Of a stretch of DNA of 64,000 nt, positions 1-9,881 are shown one piece after another. The notes beneath the pieces were generated by a model that saw only the letters and a list, made by a program, of their open reading frames with translations, was not told where the DNA came from and did not search any database. Numbering within the stretch: position 1 is the stretch's first letter; every line of letters starts with the position of its first letter. The translations under genes were made by a program, and so were the position numbers. This DNA comes from Lachnospiraceae bacterium (GTDB lineage: Bacteria; Bacillota; Clostridia; Lachnospirales; Lachnospiraceae). The stretch lies in the NCBI GenBank assembly GCA_045628865.1, contig JAZQQB010000009.1:1-64000 (forward strand), in the 5' to 3' direction.

Positions 1-150
1 AAAAATGTCCCTTTAACAGGGACGATCAGTGAATATGGTGCGGTTGGGGCCTTTAATTTCGTGGGCCCTTTGAGGGCCAAGCCGGTAACCGAGCCTTACA
101 GGCTCAGAGCAAACCACCAGCTGTCGCTGGTGGTCATGATTTTTCATATA
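1..150. other. cluster of four GC-rich hairpins; possible 3' end of a structured RNA or compound bidirectional terminator, truncated by window edge
   Basis: inverted repeats gtccctttaacagggac, ggccctttgagggcc, gagccttacaggctc, ccaccagctgtcgctggtgg then T-run; GC-rich island in AT-rich DNA; no ORF. Confidence 0.3.
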
Positions 151-156
151 ATCTCT

Positions 157-945
157 TTAGAAAATCTGAGACAAAGCATTGACAGCGTCATGATCAATCA
201 CAGTTTCATAATGCTCTTCTAAAAATGCCACAGAAGCACAACCTGTTTTTTCAAGATAGCCATATTCAGATAAAGTATTACAAACCTTATTGAATTCGTT
301 TGGTGTATGATGATCTCTGTAAACAACAAGCATATATCTTCCTGTATTGGTATTTTTGTATAATGCGTTGGATCCTTTGTAGTATTTACATAATACACTA
401 GAAACACGTGTTAAATCGTTTAAGGTGTAGAAAGAAAAAATCTTGGAAATGTTTCCAGAGGCCTCTTTCAATGGTTTGGCAGATACTTCTTTAACATCTG
501 TGTTAGCCGTATCATCCTGGCTTTTTTTTGCTCCCTCATGAAGTTTTCTGAATAAATCCAATACTTCATCAGAAGAATCACTTTCATCTGTGAGAGTATT
601 ACCGATTTCTTCTACATCATCATATTCCTCATCATCTATATCATCCTCATCAGACACATTTGGTGCAAAGTTAGAAAAACGAGTGTCCAATTCTTCAGGA
701 TCTTCAACCTTTGTAATAATCAGTACAATACAGTCAGAATTAAGAGGAATTGCTTCAATCATGAGTGGTATATCATCTGCTTCGAAACCAAACTGGTAAG
801 CAGCCTGTTGCATCATATCGCGAAAAAGAGATTTCGCTTTTTCTGTACCATATGCCAATTCGCTGATTTTTAGTTCACGATCAGCCAGGTCATTTTTAGT
901 TAAGGTGCAACGAATCTGATGGTCATTTACTTTTTCTATTTTCAT
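157..945 (-). CDS. mecA: MecA-like adaptor protein (ClpC adaptor family)
   Basis: N-terminus MKIEKVNDHQIRCTLTKNDLADRELKISEL matches MecA family start; acidic central linker and C-terminal domain architecture typical of MecA. Confidence 0.7.
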   Translation of the reverse strand: MKIEKVNDHQIRCTLTKNDLADRELKISELAYGTEKAKSLFRDMMQQAAYQFGFEADDIPLMIEAIPLNSDCIVLIITKVEDPEELDTRFSNFAPNVSDEDDIDDEEYDDVEEIGNTLTDESDSSDEVLDLFRKLHEGAKKSQDDTANTDVKEVSAKPLKEASGNISKIFSFYTLNDLTRVSSVLCKYYKGSNALYKNTNTGRYMLVVYRDHHTPNEFNKVCNTLSEYGYLEKTGCASVAFLEEHYETVIDHDAVNALSQIF

Positions 946-1109
946 GAAATCACATCCTTACTGTATAAGATATCAAAATGAGGATAAAATGTTCATCATA
1001 CAATAACAATCCTATTCTCATTATCAATTATCTTATACTGAATATAAGTTTGAGTCAATGGACAAAAACCTGGAAATTAAATATTTTAGAAAAAAATTAT
1101 AAAAAGGTA

Positions 1110-1138
1110 TTGCAATTTACATTAAATGAAACTATAAT
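1110..1138 (+). promoter_or_regulatory. sigma-A-like promoter TTGCAA-N17-TATAAT
   Basis: TTGCAA at 1110, 17-nt spacer, TATAAT at 1133; lies ~540 nt upstream of GH18 gene. Confidence 0.35.
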
Positions 1139-1682
1139 ACCGAACCATAGACGCTGGAACAATCGTTATCAGGATTGGAGGATTGTACAGGCGGCCACAA
1201 TTTGAGTAGTATAACAGAAATATTTCTTTATTTCTTAAATTTCAATACTCTTAGATCCTATGGATCTGTCTTACAAGTATATGAACTTGTATCCCTTTTT
1301 ATTTCACCATTTTTTTCAAGTATTATAAAGCAGGTGTTAATATTTGGTTGTCTTTTGATAGGTTTCAGAGTCCACTATGGCTATATCTATGTATCGTCAT
1401 TTTTCTTACAAAAAAGAATAGGCAAATTGAAAAAAATACAATATATCACAAAAAATGTTTTTTAAGCCATGATTTGCAATGTCATTCTAAAAATACGGCG
1501 CCCCAAAACTGATAGGAAGAATGACAGACTGTCTGGACAAAAAGCGGGAAATTCTACGATTTTGTCAAAAAATAAAATAAGAGAATGACGGTATAGGAAT
1601 AGTCTGTTATAATAGAAGAATCGTAACAAAAAATATAGGGTTATGTAGGAAAAAAGTAAACTCTACGTAGGAGGAGCATAAG

Positions 1683-3392
1683 TTGAAGAATGTATTAAAA
1701 AGAACAATTCCAGTGTTTGTTGCGCTGATTCTCATTGCTGTGATTAGTGCGATCTATATCGTGCCACAGCTTTATGAAAAATATTCATACTCGAAAGAGA
1801 GATATGATTTAAGTGATTACTATCAGATTTTTTATAATGATGATGTACCAATTATTTTACAGTCAGAAATATTACATATAAACGCAAAAGCGAAATATGA
1901 TACATATTATTTTGATTATGAAACTGTGAAATCATACTTCACAGACAGATTCTATATTAATAAGGAAGAAAATTATATTTGCTTTACATTACCTGACAGA
2001 TTAGTGAAGGCTGAACTGGGTGAGGAAGTAAATGTTTATTATAATGGTGAGGAGACAATTAGTACTCCATATCCTATTGCATTTAGTTATAATGATATTA
2101 CGTATATTGCAGTCGATTTTGTAAAAATGTTTACAAATTTCTCATACGAAATATTCGAGGGTCCTACTCGTATGCAGGTATATACAGAGTGGACAGATAT
2201 GACTGCCTCCAATTTGGAAAAGGATGATTATGTAAGATTTCGTGGAGGACCAAAGAGTGAGATTCTTACAAAGGTTTCTAAGGGAGATATGGTATTCATC
2301 TTAGAGGAATTCGAAAATTGGGTTCAGGTTCAGACGATGGATGGTTATATTGGCTATATTGAAAAAAAAGTACTTGGAAACCGTTATACATATACACAGG
2401 AACCAGTCACAGAGGTTGCGTTTGATTATACAGGAAATGTTTTCCCTGCAAAGATCAATATGGCATTTCAGCAGATTTTTGCTGAAAATGATGGAGGTAT
2501 TGTAAATAGTGGTCTCGCCAATACACAGGGAGTTAATGTCATTGCACCAACATGGTTTAGATTGAAGGATGTTGGAGGTTCTTTTCAGAGTCTTGCAAAT
2601 CAAAACTATGTTTCTACAGCACATGATAAGGGAGTCCAAGTATGGGCTGTGTTGACAGATGTTGATGAAGTTAGTGATGTTGTTGATGAATACACGTTGT
2701 TCTCTACAACAGAATACAGAAAAAATTTAATCACAGGGCTGATTGATAAAATGTTGGAGTATCATATTGATGGAATTAATGTGGATTTAGAGAAAATTGA
2801 TTCAGCTACAGGTCCACATTATGTACAGTTTTTAAGAGAACTTTCCATCCAGACAAGAGCACATGGATTATACCTGTCAGTAGATAATTATGTACCTACA
2901 GCATCTACGTCATATTATAATAGGAAAGAACAGGGAATCGTTTGTGACTATGTTGTCATTATGGGATATGATGAACATTGGTCTGGTGGAGGAGAAGCAG
3001 GTAGCGTTGCATCGTTACCATATGTATCAGATGGTATTGCCAATACCATGAAAAATGTGCCAGCAGAAAAGATTATCAATGCCATTCCTTTCTATACACG
3101 AATCTGGTGTACAGATGGTGGAACAGTAACAAATGAAACAGTTGGAATGCAAATGTCCTTTGACTGGGTTACGAATCATGGTTTAACCAAAGAGTGGGAT
3201 GATGCAACCGGTCAGAACTATGCAACCTACACAGAGGGCAGTAAGACTTATGAAGTATGGATCGAGGATGCTGAGTCGATTGACGCGAAGTTAGGTGTTA
3301 TGCAGACATATGAAATAGCAGGCGTAGCTGAGTGGAAACTTGGATTTGAAACTGCTGATGTATGGGACAAAATTTCAGCATACGTACAATAG
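1683..3392 (+). CDS. membrane-anchored SH3b + GH18-like glycoside hydrolase (YaaH/YdhD-like spore peptidoglycan hydrolase family)
   Basis: TTG start after GGAGGAG RBS; N-terminal TM; SH3b-like segment (YVRFRGGP...WVQVQTMDGYIGYI); GH18 DxxDxDxE-like motif DGINVDLE. Confidence 0.7.
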   Translation: MKNVLKRTIPVFVALILIAVISAIYIVPQLYEKYSYSKERYDLSDYYQIFYNDDVPIILQSEILHINAKAKYDTYYFDYETVKSYFTDRFYINKEENYICFTLPDRLVKAELGEEVNVYYNGEETISTPYPIAFSYNDITYIAVDFVKMFTNFSYEIFEGPTRMQVYTEWTDMTASNLEKDDYVRFRGGPKSEILTKVSKGDMVFILEEFENWVQVQTMDGYIGYIEKKVLGNRYTYTQEPVTEVAFDYTGNVFPAKINMAFQQIFAENDGGIVNSGLANTQGVNVIAPTWFRLKDVGGSFQSLANQNYVSTAHDKGVQVWAVLTDVDEVSDVVDEYTLFSTTEYRKNLITGLIDKMLEYHIDGINVDLEKIDSATGPHYVQFLRELSIQTRAHGLYLSVDNYVPTASTSYYNRKEQGIVCDYVVIMGYDEHWSGGGEAGSVASLPYVSDGIANTMKNVPAEKIINAIPFYTRIWCTDGGTVTNETVGMQMSFDWVTNHGLTKEWDDATGQNYATYTEGSKTYEVWIEDAESIDAKLGVMQTYEIAGVAEWKLGFETADVWDKISAYVQ

Positions 3393-3416
3393 AATAGAAA
3401 AAATTGTTTAATTGTG

Positions 3417-3454
3417 AAAAGAACTGATTCAAAAGAAATCAGTTCTTTTTTTTA
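3417..3454 (+). terminator. rho-independent terminator after GH18 gene
   Basis: stem agaactgatt/aatcagttct plus 8 T. Confidence 0.6.
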
Positions 3455-3500
3455 TGAAATCCCATATAAAAATATTAAGAGAATCATTAGGTGGAAACAA

Positions 3501-4313
3501 ATGAATCAGATTGAGAAAAAAATGAAACAGCTCCAAAAACCAACAGGGAAAAGAATTACATCCTTTGGATTTTTGGTGATTACAGGAATAGTTCTATTGG
3601 TATTTTTTGGATTGGGAAGAGGAATAGCATATTTTATCGCAAAAGAGGACTGTATGAAACCGGAGAGAGAAGAAACGTTAGAAGAAGTAAATGAAACAGA
3701 ATCGATGTTGTTGGATTCTGCTGGAAATCAAGTTTGTATTGTGGTAGATGCAGGACATGGGGGAAAGGATCCAGGAAAAGTTGGAGATAATAATGTGTTA
3801 GAAAAGGATATTAATCTGTCGATTGCTACAAAACTTTCTGAACGTTTACAGGAACTTGGAATTCACATAATAATGACAAGAACCAGCAATGATGCGTTAT
3901 GTTCAGATACAGATAAAAATCAAAAAATAACCGATTTGAACAATCGGATAAAACTTATTGAGGAAAGTTCTCCCACTTTTGTTGTTAGTATCCATCAAAA
4001 TAGCTATACGGATGGTAGTGTCAAGGGCGCGCAGGTTTTTTATCTGGCAGCTGATTCGGAAGGTAAGAAATTGGCGTCTTTCATCCAGAATTCATTAAAT
4101 AAAGAAATAGAGTTTGAAAAGCCACGTGAGATCAAGGGGAATGGTTCCTACTATCTATTGAAGAAAGCACCAGCAGTAACTGCAATTGTAGAATGTGGTT
4201 TTTTGTCTAATAAAGAGGAGTGCCAGCTTTTGACTGAAGATTCCTATCAGGAAAAAATAGTAGAGGCAATTACAAAAGGTATATTAGAGTATTTAGGAGG
4301 ATTTACGGAGTAA
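3501..4313 (+). CDS. cwlD: N-acetylmuramoyl-L-alanine amidase, germination-specific CwlD-like (Amidase_3)
   Basis: DAGHGGKDPG, IIMTR, SIHQNS, GFLSN, KGILEY motifs align with B. subtilis CwlD; start moved to ATG at 3501 (GGTGGA RBS) because upstream part of ORF overlaps terminator. Confidence 0.8.
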   Translation: MNQIEKKMKQLQKPTGKRITSFGFLVITGIVLLVFFGLGRGIAYFIAKEDCMKPEREETLEEVNETESMLLDSAGNQVCIVVDAGHGGKDPGKVGDNNVLEKDINLSIATKLSERLQELGIHIIMTRTSNDALCSDTDKNQKITDLNNRIKLIEESSPTFVVSIHQNSYTDGSVKGAQVFYLAADSEGKKLASFIQNSLNKEIEFEKPREIKGNGSYYLLKKAPAVTAIVECGFLSNKEECQLLTEDSYQEKIVEAITKGILEYLGGFTE

Positions 4314-4405
4314 AATACATATATCTTTGCATAAATGTTTCTTTGTGCTATAATTTAATAAATTGAAAAGTCTGAAAATAGCAGACAAGGAAGGGCGCAA
4401 AGTAA

Positions 4406-5455
4406 ATGCAGACAAAAGTAATCAAAGTATCAGAAGAATCTTTTGAGGGTGAAGATTTACTTGAAGCTGGGGAGATTATAAAAAATGGAGGGCTAGTTGC
4501 TTTTCCAACAGAAACTGTCTACGGTCTGGGAGGAGATGCACTCAATGCAAAATCAAGTGCAAAGATTTATCATGCCAAGGGAAGACCGAGTGATAATCCA
4601 CTCATTGTGCATATTGCAGAGTGGGAGGATATTTATAAAATAACAACAAAGGTACCAGAAAGTGGAATGAAGCTTGCGAAAGCATTTTGGCCTGGGCCTT
4701 TGACGATGATCTTTGAAAAAAATGACCAGGTACCTTTTGAAACAACAGGGGGCCTGAATACGGTTGCAGTCCGAATGCCTTCTCATAAAGTAGCCAGGGA
4801 GTTTATTCGTGCCGCAGGTGGATTTGTGGCTGCACCAAGTGCGAATATATCAGGAAGACCAAGTCCTACCTTGGCGAAATATGTTATTGAGGATATGGAC
4901 GGTAGAATAGAAATGATCATTGATGGTGGAGAAATCGGTATTGGATTAGAATCAACAATTGTTGATTTGACAGTAAATCCACCAATGATCTTACGACCGG
5001 GTTTTGTTACAGCAGAAATGGTGAAAAAAGTGCTTGGGGATGTGCAATGTGATGTTACTATGATGGAAGTAAAAAAGGATGTTGCACCAAAGGCACCAGG
5101 AATGAAATATCGACATTATGCACCTAAGGGTGACCTTTGTATTGTGACAGGGGAGTACCCAAAGGTAATAGACTACATCAATACGCAGGTTCAATTAGCA
5201 AAGGCGGAAGGTAAAAGAACTGGCGTGATTGCAACTTCAGAAACAGAAAAGTTTTACCATGCAGATATTGTGAAAAATGTGGGAAGCAGAGCAGATGAGG
5301 AGACAATTGCTAAGGGCCTGTATCGAGTTCTTCGTGAGTTTGATGATGAAGATGTAGAAGTAATGTTTACAGAGAGCTTTGATACTTGCGGAATGGGACA
5401 GGCAATCATGAATCGTCTGTTGAAGGCAGCAGGTCATAAAGTAATACATGTATAA
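4406..5455 (+). CDS. tsaC: L-threonylcarbamoyladenylate synthase (Sua5/YwlC type, with C-terminal Sua5 domain)
   Basis: GGLVAFPTETVYGLGGDALN, KGRPSDNPLIVHI, SANISGRPSPT motifs of YrdC/Sua5 family; 349 aa. Confidence 0.85.
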   Translation: MQTKVIKVSEESFEGEDLLEAGEIIKNGGLVAFPTETVYGLGGDALNAKSSAKIYHAKGRPSDNPLIVHIAEWEDIYKITTKVPESGMKLAKAFWPGPLTMIFEKNDQVPFETTGGLNTVAVRMPSHKVAREFIRAAGGFVAAPSANISGRPSPTLAKYVIEDMDGRIEMIIDGGEIGIGLESTIVDLTVNPPMILRPGFVTAEMVKKVLGDVQCDVTMMEVKKDVAPKAPGMKYRHYAPKGDLCIVTGEYPKVIDYINTQVQLAKAEGKRTGVIATSETEKFYHADIVKNVGSRADEETIAKGLYRVLREFDDEDVEVMFTESFDTCGMGQAIMNRLLKAAGHKVIHV

Positions 5456-5478
5456 AACTTAGAGAGGAAGAAAAGGAA

Positions 5479-5910
5479 ATGATAGCAATTGGATGTGATC
5501 ACGGCGGATTTGATTTAAAACAGGAGGTTATGGAACACCTGAAATCAAAGGGTTATGAAGTAAAGGATTGTGGTTGTTTTGATAAATCATCTTGCGATTA
5601 TCCAGAATTTGGACATGCTGTAGGAAAGGCAGTAGCATCAAAGGAATGTGAAAAAGGAATCGTTATTTGTACAACAGGAATTGGAATCTCAATTTCGGCA
5701 AATAAGATCAAGGGAGTTAGAGCAGCATTATGTTCTGAACCATTATCAGCAAAAATGACAAGGCTTCATAATGATGCAAATGTATTGGCACTTGGTGCAG
5801 CGATGATTGGAAAAAATCTTGCACTGGAAATTGTAGATACATTCTTAACAACAGAGTTTAGCGCAGAAGAACGTCATCAGAGAAGAATTGACAAAATTGA
5901 AGAATTTTAA
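5479..5910 (+). CDS. rpiB: ribose-5-phosphate isomerase B
   Basis: MIAIGCDHGGFDLK..., ICTTGIGISISANK RpiB/LacAB signature; 143 aa. Confidence 0.85.
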   Translation: MIAIGCDHGGFDLKQEVMEHLKSKGYEVKDCGCFDKSSCDYPEFGHAVGKAVASKECEKGIVICTTGIGISISANKIKGVRAALCSEPLSAKMTRLHNDANVLALGAAMIGKNLALEIVDTFLTTEFSAEERHQRRIDKIEEF

Positions 5911-5954
5911 TACTTTTTGAGAAAAGGAAATAGATTTAGTAGGAGGATAAATAA

Positions 5955-6584
5955 ATGGCAAAAGTAGTTGTATTAGATCATCCATTATTACAGCATAAGA
6001 TTGGTTATATTCGTAGAAAGGATGTTGGAACAAAGGATTTCAGACAGGTGATTGGAGAAATTGCTATGTTAGAAACCTATGAGGCAACTAGAGATTTAGA
6101 ACTTTCAGATGTTGAAATCGATACACCAATTTGCCATGCAAAAGTGAAAGAACTTGCTGGAAAGAAGATGGCTATTATACCAATCCTGCGAGCAGGATTG
6201 GGAATGGTGGATGGTGTGTTACAGTTGATTCCAGCTGCAAAAGTTGGCCATATTGGATTATACAGAGATCCAGAAACTTTAGCACCAGTTGAGTATTATT
6301 GTAAGCTCCCTGCAGATTGTGCAGAGAGAGAGGTATTTGTAGTAGATCCAATGCTTGCAACAGGTGGCTCTAGTGTTGCAGCAATTCAGATGTTAAAGGA
6401 TAAGGGATGTAAAAATATCCATTTTATGTGTATCATTGCCGCTCCAGAGGGTGTTGAAAAAATGAAAGAAGCACATCCAGATGTAGATATCTATATTGGA
6501 GCATTGGATGAAAAGCTGAATGAGCATGGATATATTGTACCAGGTCTTGGTGATGCAGGAGATCGAATTTTTGGTACAAAGTAA
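5955..6584 (+). CDS. upp: uracil phosphoribosyltransferase
   Basis: [33 protein letters not shown] Upp signature; 209 aa. Confidence 0.9.
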   Translation: MAKVVVLDHPLLQHKIGYIRRKDVGTKDFRQVIGEIAMLETYEATRDLELSDVEIDTPICHAKVKELAGKKMAIIPILRAGLGMVDGVLQLIPAAKVGHIGLYRDPETLAPVEYYCKLPADCAEREVFVVDPMLATGGSSVAAIQMLKDKGCKNIHFMCIIAAPEGVEKMKEAHPDVDIYIGALDEKLNEHGYIVPGLGDAGDRIFGTK

Positions 6585-6633
6585 TTGTTCCTAATAAATG
6601 ATTGGATTTCAAACGAAAGATGGAGGGGGAGAT

Positions 6634-7113
6634 TTGAAAAACCAAAATTATATTTCCTGGGATGAGTATTTTATGGGAGTTTCCAAAATGGCAGGTATGA
6701 GATCGAAAGATCCGAATACACAGGTGGGGGCTTGTATTGTTAGTGAGGATAACAAAATCTTGTCCATGGGATACAATGGGTTACCTTTGGGGTGTTCTGA
6801 TGATGAGTTCCCGTGGGACAGAGAAGGAGAAGAGCTGGATACCAAGTATCCATATGTAACGCATAGTGAATTAAATGCAATTTTAAATTATCGGGGCGGT
6901 AGCCTTTCGGGCGCAAAGTTGTATGTAACATTATTTCCGTGTAATGAGTGTGCAAAAGCAATCATTCAGGCAGGAATTAGAACTGTAATCTATGACTCCA
7001 ATAAATATGATGGAACAAATTCCATCATTGCTTCAAAAAGAATGTTTGATGCTGCTGGAGTAAAATATATACAGTATAAACGCAGTAATCGTAAGATTGA
7101 ACTGGAATTGTAG
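6634..7113 (+). CDS. deoxycytidylate (dCMP) deaminase, ComEB-like
   Basis: SWDEYFM, HSELNAI (HAE zinc motif), PCNECAK (PCxxC) cytidine/deoxycytidylate deaminase signature; likely TTG start after AGGGGGA RBS (ORF tool start 6598). Confidence 0.75.
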   Translation: MKNQNYISWDEYFMGVSKMAGMRSKDPNTQVGACIVSEDNKILSMGYNGLPLGCSDDEFPWDREGEELDTKYPYVTHSELNAILNYRGGSLSGAKLYVTLFPCNECAKAIIQAGIRTVIYDSNKYDGTNSIIASKRMFDAAGVKYIQYKRSNRKIELEL

Positions 7114-7163
7114 TTTAGGGAGAGTATTCATATTTTATTCTGAAGGGAACGAAAGGAAACAAT

Positions 7164-8327
7164 ATGATTACAAAGAAAAGACTATTTAGAGTAGTGGCTT
7201 TGGGGGTATTGATAGGACTTTGTTTACAAGGTTCCACAGCTGTATACGCGGGTAAATCTACCCAGGAACAGATCAATGAAAAGGAGCAGGAGAAGCAGCA
7301 AACAGAGGCTGAACTTGCTCAGACACAAAATGAATTGGATGGCTTGCGAGATACTCAGGGTGGTTTGAAGGTAGAATTGAACACGCTGAATGATAATCTT
7401 GCGCAGGTAAGTAGTGATTTAGAACAGCTGGAATTGGATATCAGTGTCAAGGAATCAGAGATATTACAGACAGAGCTTGAATTAGAATACGCAGTTTCTG
7501 TGGAGAAAGCCCAGTATGAATCTATGAAAGAGCGAATCAAATTTATGTATGAATGTGGGAATTCTTTGTATTTTGAGATGCTCTTGTCAGCAGAAAGTTA
7601 TGGAGATTTTCTTAATAAGGCGGACTATATTGAGCAACTTTCAGCCTATGATAGAAATCAATTGATGGCTTACACAGCAAGTAGAACTGCTACTGAAGAA
7701 AAAAGAAATCAGCTTTTTCAGGAACAGTCTGAATTGCAGGTCCTTAAGACTGAGGTTGAAGAGAAGAAAGCAAATGTGGAAAGTATGGTTAATTCTACTT
7801 CTAATTCCATTGCCAATTATGCAGATCAGATTTCTGATATGGAACAAGAGGCTCTGGCATATGAAGCGCAGATAGAGCAGCAGGATAAGGATTTAGTTGC
7901 ATTATATAAAAAACTGGAAGAAGAAATTGCTCTTTCGAAACTGGCTTCCCAATCAGCAAAACGTGATATATCAGAGGTACATTTTGATGAAGGTGACAGA
8001 TATTTGCTGGCAAATCTAATTTACTGTGAAGCTGGTGGAGAACCGTATGAAGGACAGGTTGCTGTTGGTGCAGTTGTAATAAACAGGGTGCTTAGCTCTG
8101 TTTATCCGGATACCATAGTTGGTGTTATCTATCAAAGTGGTCAGTTTTCACCAGTAGGAAGTGGAAGACTTGCCCTTGCCCTTGCTTCTGATAAAGCAAC
8201 AGCCAAGTGTTATCAGGCGGCAGATGAAGCTATGAGTGGAATTACCAATGTGGGAGACTGTGTATATTTCAGAACTCCGATAGAGGGATTGACAGGAATT
8301 AGTATTGGTGGACATATTTTCTATTAG
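7164..8327 (+). CDS. secreted coiled-coil protein with C-terminal SleB/CwlJ-family cell-wall hydrolase (Hydrolase_2) domain
   Basis: signal peptide; ~250 aa heptad-rich region; C-terminal YLLANLIYCEAGGEPYEGQVAVGAVVINRV...VIYQSGQFSP typical Hydrolase_2. Confidence 0.6.
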   Translation: MITKKRLFRVVALGVLIGLCLQGSTAVYAGKSTQEQINEKEQEKQQTEAELAQTQNELDGLRDTQGGLKVELNTLNDNLAQVSSDLEQLELDISVKESEILQTELELEYAVSVEKAQYESMKERIKFMYECGNSLYFEMLLSAESYGDFLNKADYIEQLSAYDRNQLMAYTASRTATEEKRNQLFQEQSELQVLKTEVEEKKANVESMVNSTSNSIANYADQISDMEQEALAYEAQIEQQDKDLVALYKKLEEEIALSKLASQSAKRDISEVHFDEGDRYLLANLIYCEAGGEPYEGQVAVGAVVINRVLSSVYPDTIVGVIYQSGQFSPVGSGRLALALASDKATAKCYQAADEAMSGITNVGDCVYFRTPIEGLTGISIGGHIFY

Positions 8328-8372
8328 GATGACATCTTTTTATTGTAGAATAAATGGACATAAGAAAAACGA

Positions 8373-8406
8373 TTTAAAACAGAACTGTTTTAAATTGTTT
8401 TTTTGT
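8373..8406. terminator. bidirectional terminator between convergent genes
   Basis: perfect palindrome ttaaaacag-aa-ctgttttaa followed by T-run. Confidence 0.55.
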
Positions 8407-8456
8407 AGTAAAAGAAACGAAAATATGTTACGATATATATGTTTAATTGTATAAAT

Positions 8457-8951
8457 TTATAGAATTTCCCATGGACTTGGAATTTTATCCAAAAGGGACT
8501 GCAAATCCATAAACGTTTGATCGTAAATAGTTTTAAGAAGGAAATTTAAGCTGTTTAGTGATTGCAACAAGAGTTGTTCAGAAATCAGATTCTGAGCCCT
8601 TGCTTCAGACAACTCATCTAAATCAACTACCTTGTAGCTTCCATCCGGATAAATCAAGACATCAGCAAGAAGATCAATTGTATAGAGGGAATTCTCTTCC
8701 TTGTTTTCTTCGAAGGTCATAATATCACAATACCAACAGATCAGATTCTTATCGTGGTCATAGAATTTGCTGATTTTAAGTCCCTCATGAAAAAGAAATA
8801 AAGATGTGCCAAAAGCAAGATCTCTTTTGGGTTTAATGCTTTTCCAGCTGGTGATCATATAGTCATTGTTTTTCTCATGAATATAATCACTTGTAAGTTT
8901 TAGACATTCATCTGGGATGAAACGTCTTCGGTAAAGAGTAAGCTCCTGCAT
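8457..8951 (-). CDS. DUF402 family protein (YgaC/FomD-like)
   Basis: pattern RRRFIP...W...KP..D.A.G...F......K..KFYD.D.....WYCDI... matches DUF402; start chosen at MQELTLY with GGAGG RBS. Confidence 0.5.
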   Translation of the reverse strand: MQELTLYRRRFIPDECLKLTSDYIHEKNNDYMITSWKSIKPKRDLAFGTSLFLFHEGLKISKFYDHDKNLICWYCDIMTFEENKEENSLYTIDLLADVLIYPDGSYKVVDLDELSEARAQNLISEQLLLQSLNSLNFLLKTIYDQTFMDLQSLLDKIPSPWEIL

Positions 8952-9023
8952 AGAATTCCTCCGTATGATTCGTTTCATTTATAGTACTATTTTCGGAAAT
9001 AAAAGTCAATATTTAGATTTTTA

Positions 9024-9053
9024 TAGACAATTCGCGTGAATTGCGTGTATAAT
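9024..9053 (+). promoter_or_regulatory. putative sigma-A promoter of atp operon (TAGACA-N18-TATAAT)
   Basis: sequence elements upstream of atpZ in divergent intergenic region. Confidence 0.3.
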
Positions 9054-9074
9054 TATAGAGTATAGGTAAAAAGT

Positions 9075-9299
9075 ATGCATAAAATCATCATGAAATATTT
9101 ATCGTTGTTCACTCAGTTTTTTTTGTTCATGATTGTTCCAATTGCAGGTTGTTCTGCACTAGGATGGTATATTGACAAAAAGATGGGAACCTCCTTTTGG
9201 ATCATCATATTGTTTTTTATAGGTGCTATTTCAGGATTTACTAATATTTATAAATTAGCCATGAAGATGACAAATGATCCCAAAAATCCAAAGAAATAA
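9075..9299 (+). CDS. atpZ: AtpZ-like small membrane protein (ATPase_gene1 family)
   Basis: 74 aa, two TM helices, first gene of atp operon. Confidence 0.5.
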   Translation: MHKIIMKYLSLFTQFFLFMIVPIAGCSALGWYIDKKMGTSFWIIILFFIGAISGFTNIYKLAMKMTNDPKNPKK

Positions 9300-9303
9300 G
9301 AGG

Positions 9304-9831
9304 ATGGACATGAATAGATTTAGAATTGAAGATGATACTAATACACTAAAGGAAGTGTGGTTGGGTATCATAATATATGGATGCATTTGTGAATTTGCAG
9401 GTGTGTTTTTTGTCAAGGCCAAGCTATTCTATAGTTTAGGTATTGTAGCAGGAACCATAACAGCACTTGTTTATATTTATCACATGCTTTGGACGTTGGA
9501 ACAAAGCATCGACCAGGGTGAGGATTTTGCAACCAGATATATGCGGAAACATAATGTGATTCGTTATATGGTATTGGTGGTATTGATGCTAGTATTTGTA
9601 TATACCAAGTTGTTGAATCCGTTGAGCTGGTTTTTGGGACTTATGGGCGTAAAGGCAGCAGCTTATCTGCAGCCGTTTACACATAAATTTCTGCTTGGAA
9701 GGGAAGGTAGATTACAGGAGAAGCTGAAAGAGGAACAGTTCTTAAAGGAATATGAGGAAAAAGTTGCCCTAGAAGGCTATCCTGATGATGAAGATGAGGA
9801 GGATGAAGAATTTTTTTTCAAGGAAAAATAA
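9304..9831 (+). CDS. atpI: ATP synthase protein I (AtpI), with unusual acidic C-terminal tail
   Basis: position before atpB; 4 TM helices; start at MDMNRF after AAGAGGA RBS; tail DDEDEEDEEFFFKEK. Confidence 0.6.
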   Translation: MDMNRFRIEDDTNTLKEVWLGIIIYGCICEFAGVFFVKAKLFYSLGIVAGTITALVYIYHMLWTLEQSIDQGEDFATRYMRKHNVIRYMVLVVLMLVFVYTKLLNPLSWFLGLMGVKAAAYLQPFTHKFLLGREGRLQEKLKEEQFLKEYEEKVALEGYPDDEDEEDEEFFFKEK

Positions 9832-9881
9832 AGGAATCTTATATGGATAATTAAATATAGTAGAAATAAGGAGGTGAAAAC

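Noticed and set aside
1175-1465. 96-aa ORF (and overlapping 978-1205 ORF) in the long intergenic region
   Set aside because: TTG start with weak RBS, AT-rich frame giving hydrophobic low-complexity translation; looks like non-coding leader rather than a gene.
2301-2639. Numerous minus-strand ORFs of 60-130 aa embedded in + strand genes (e.g. 2301-2639, 4553-4786, 12320-12640, 16283-15888, 30919-31233)
   Set aside because: All lie antisense within strongly supported conserved genes, lack RBS and have Cys/His/Leu-rich translations typical of AT-rich antisense frames.
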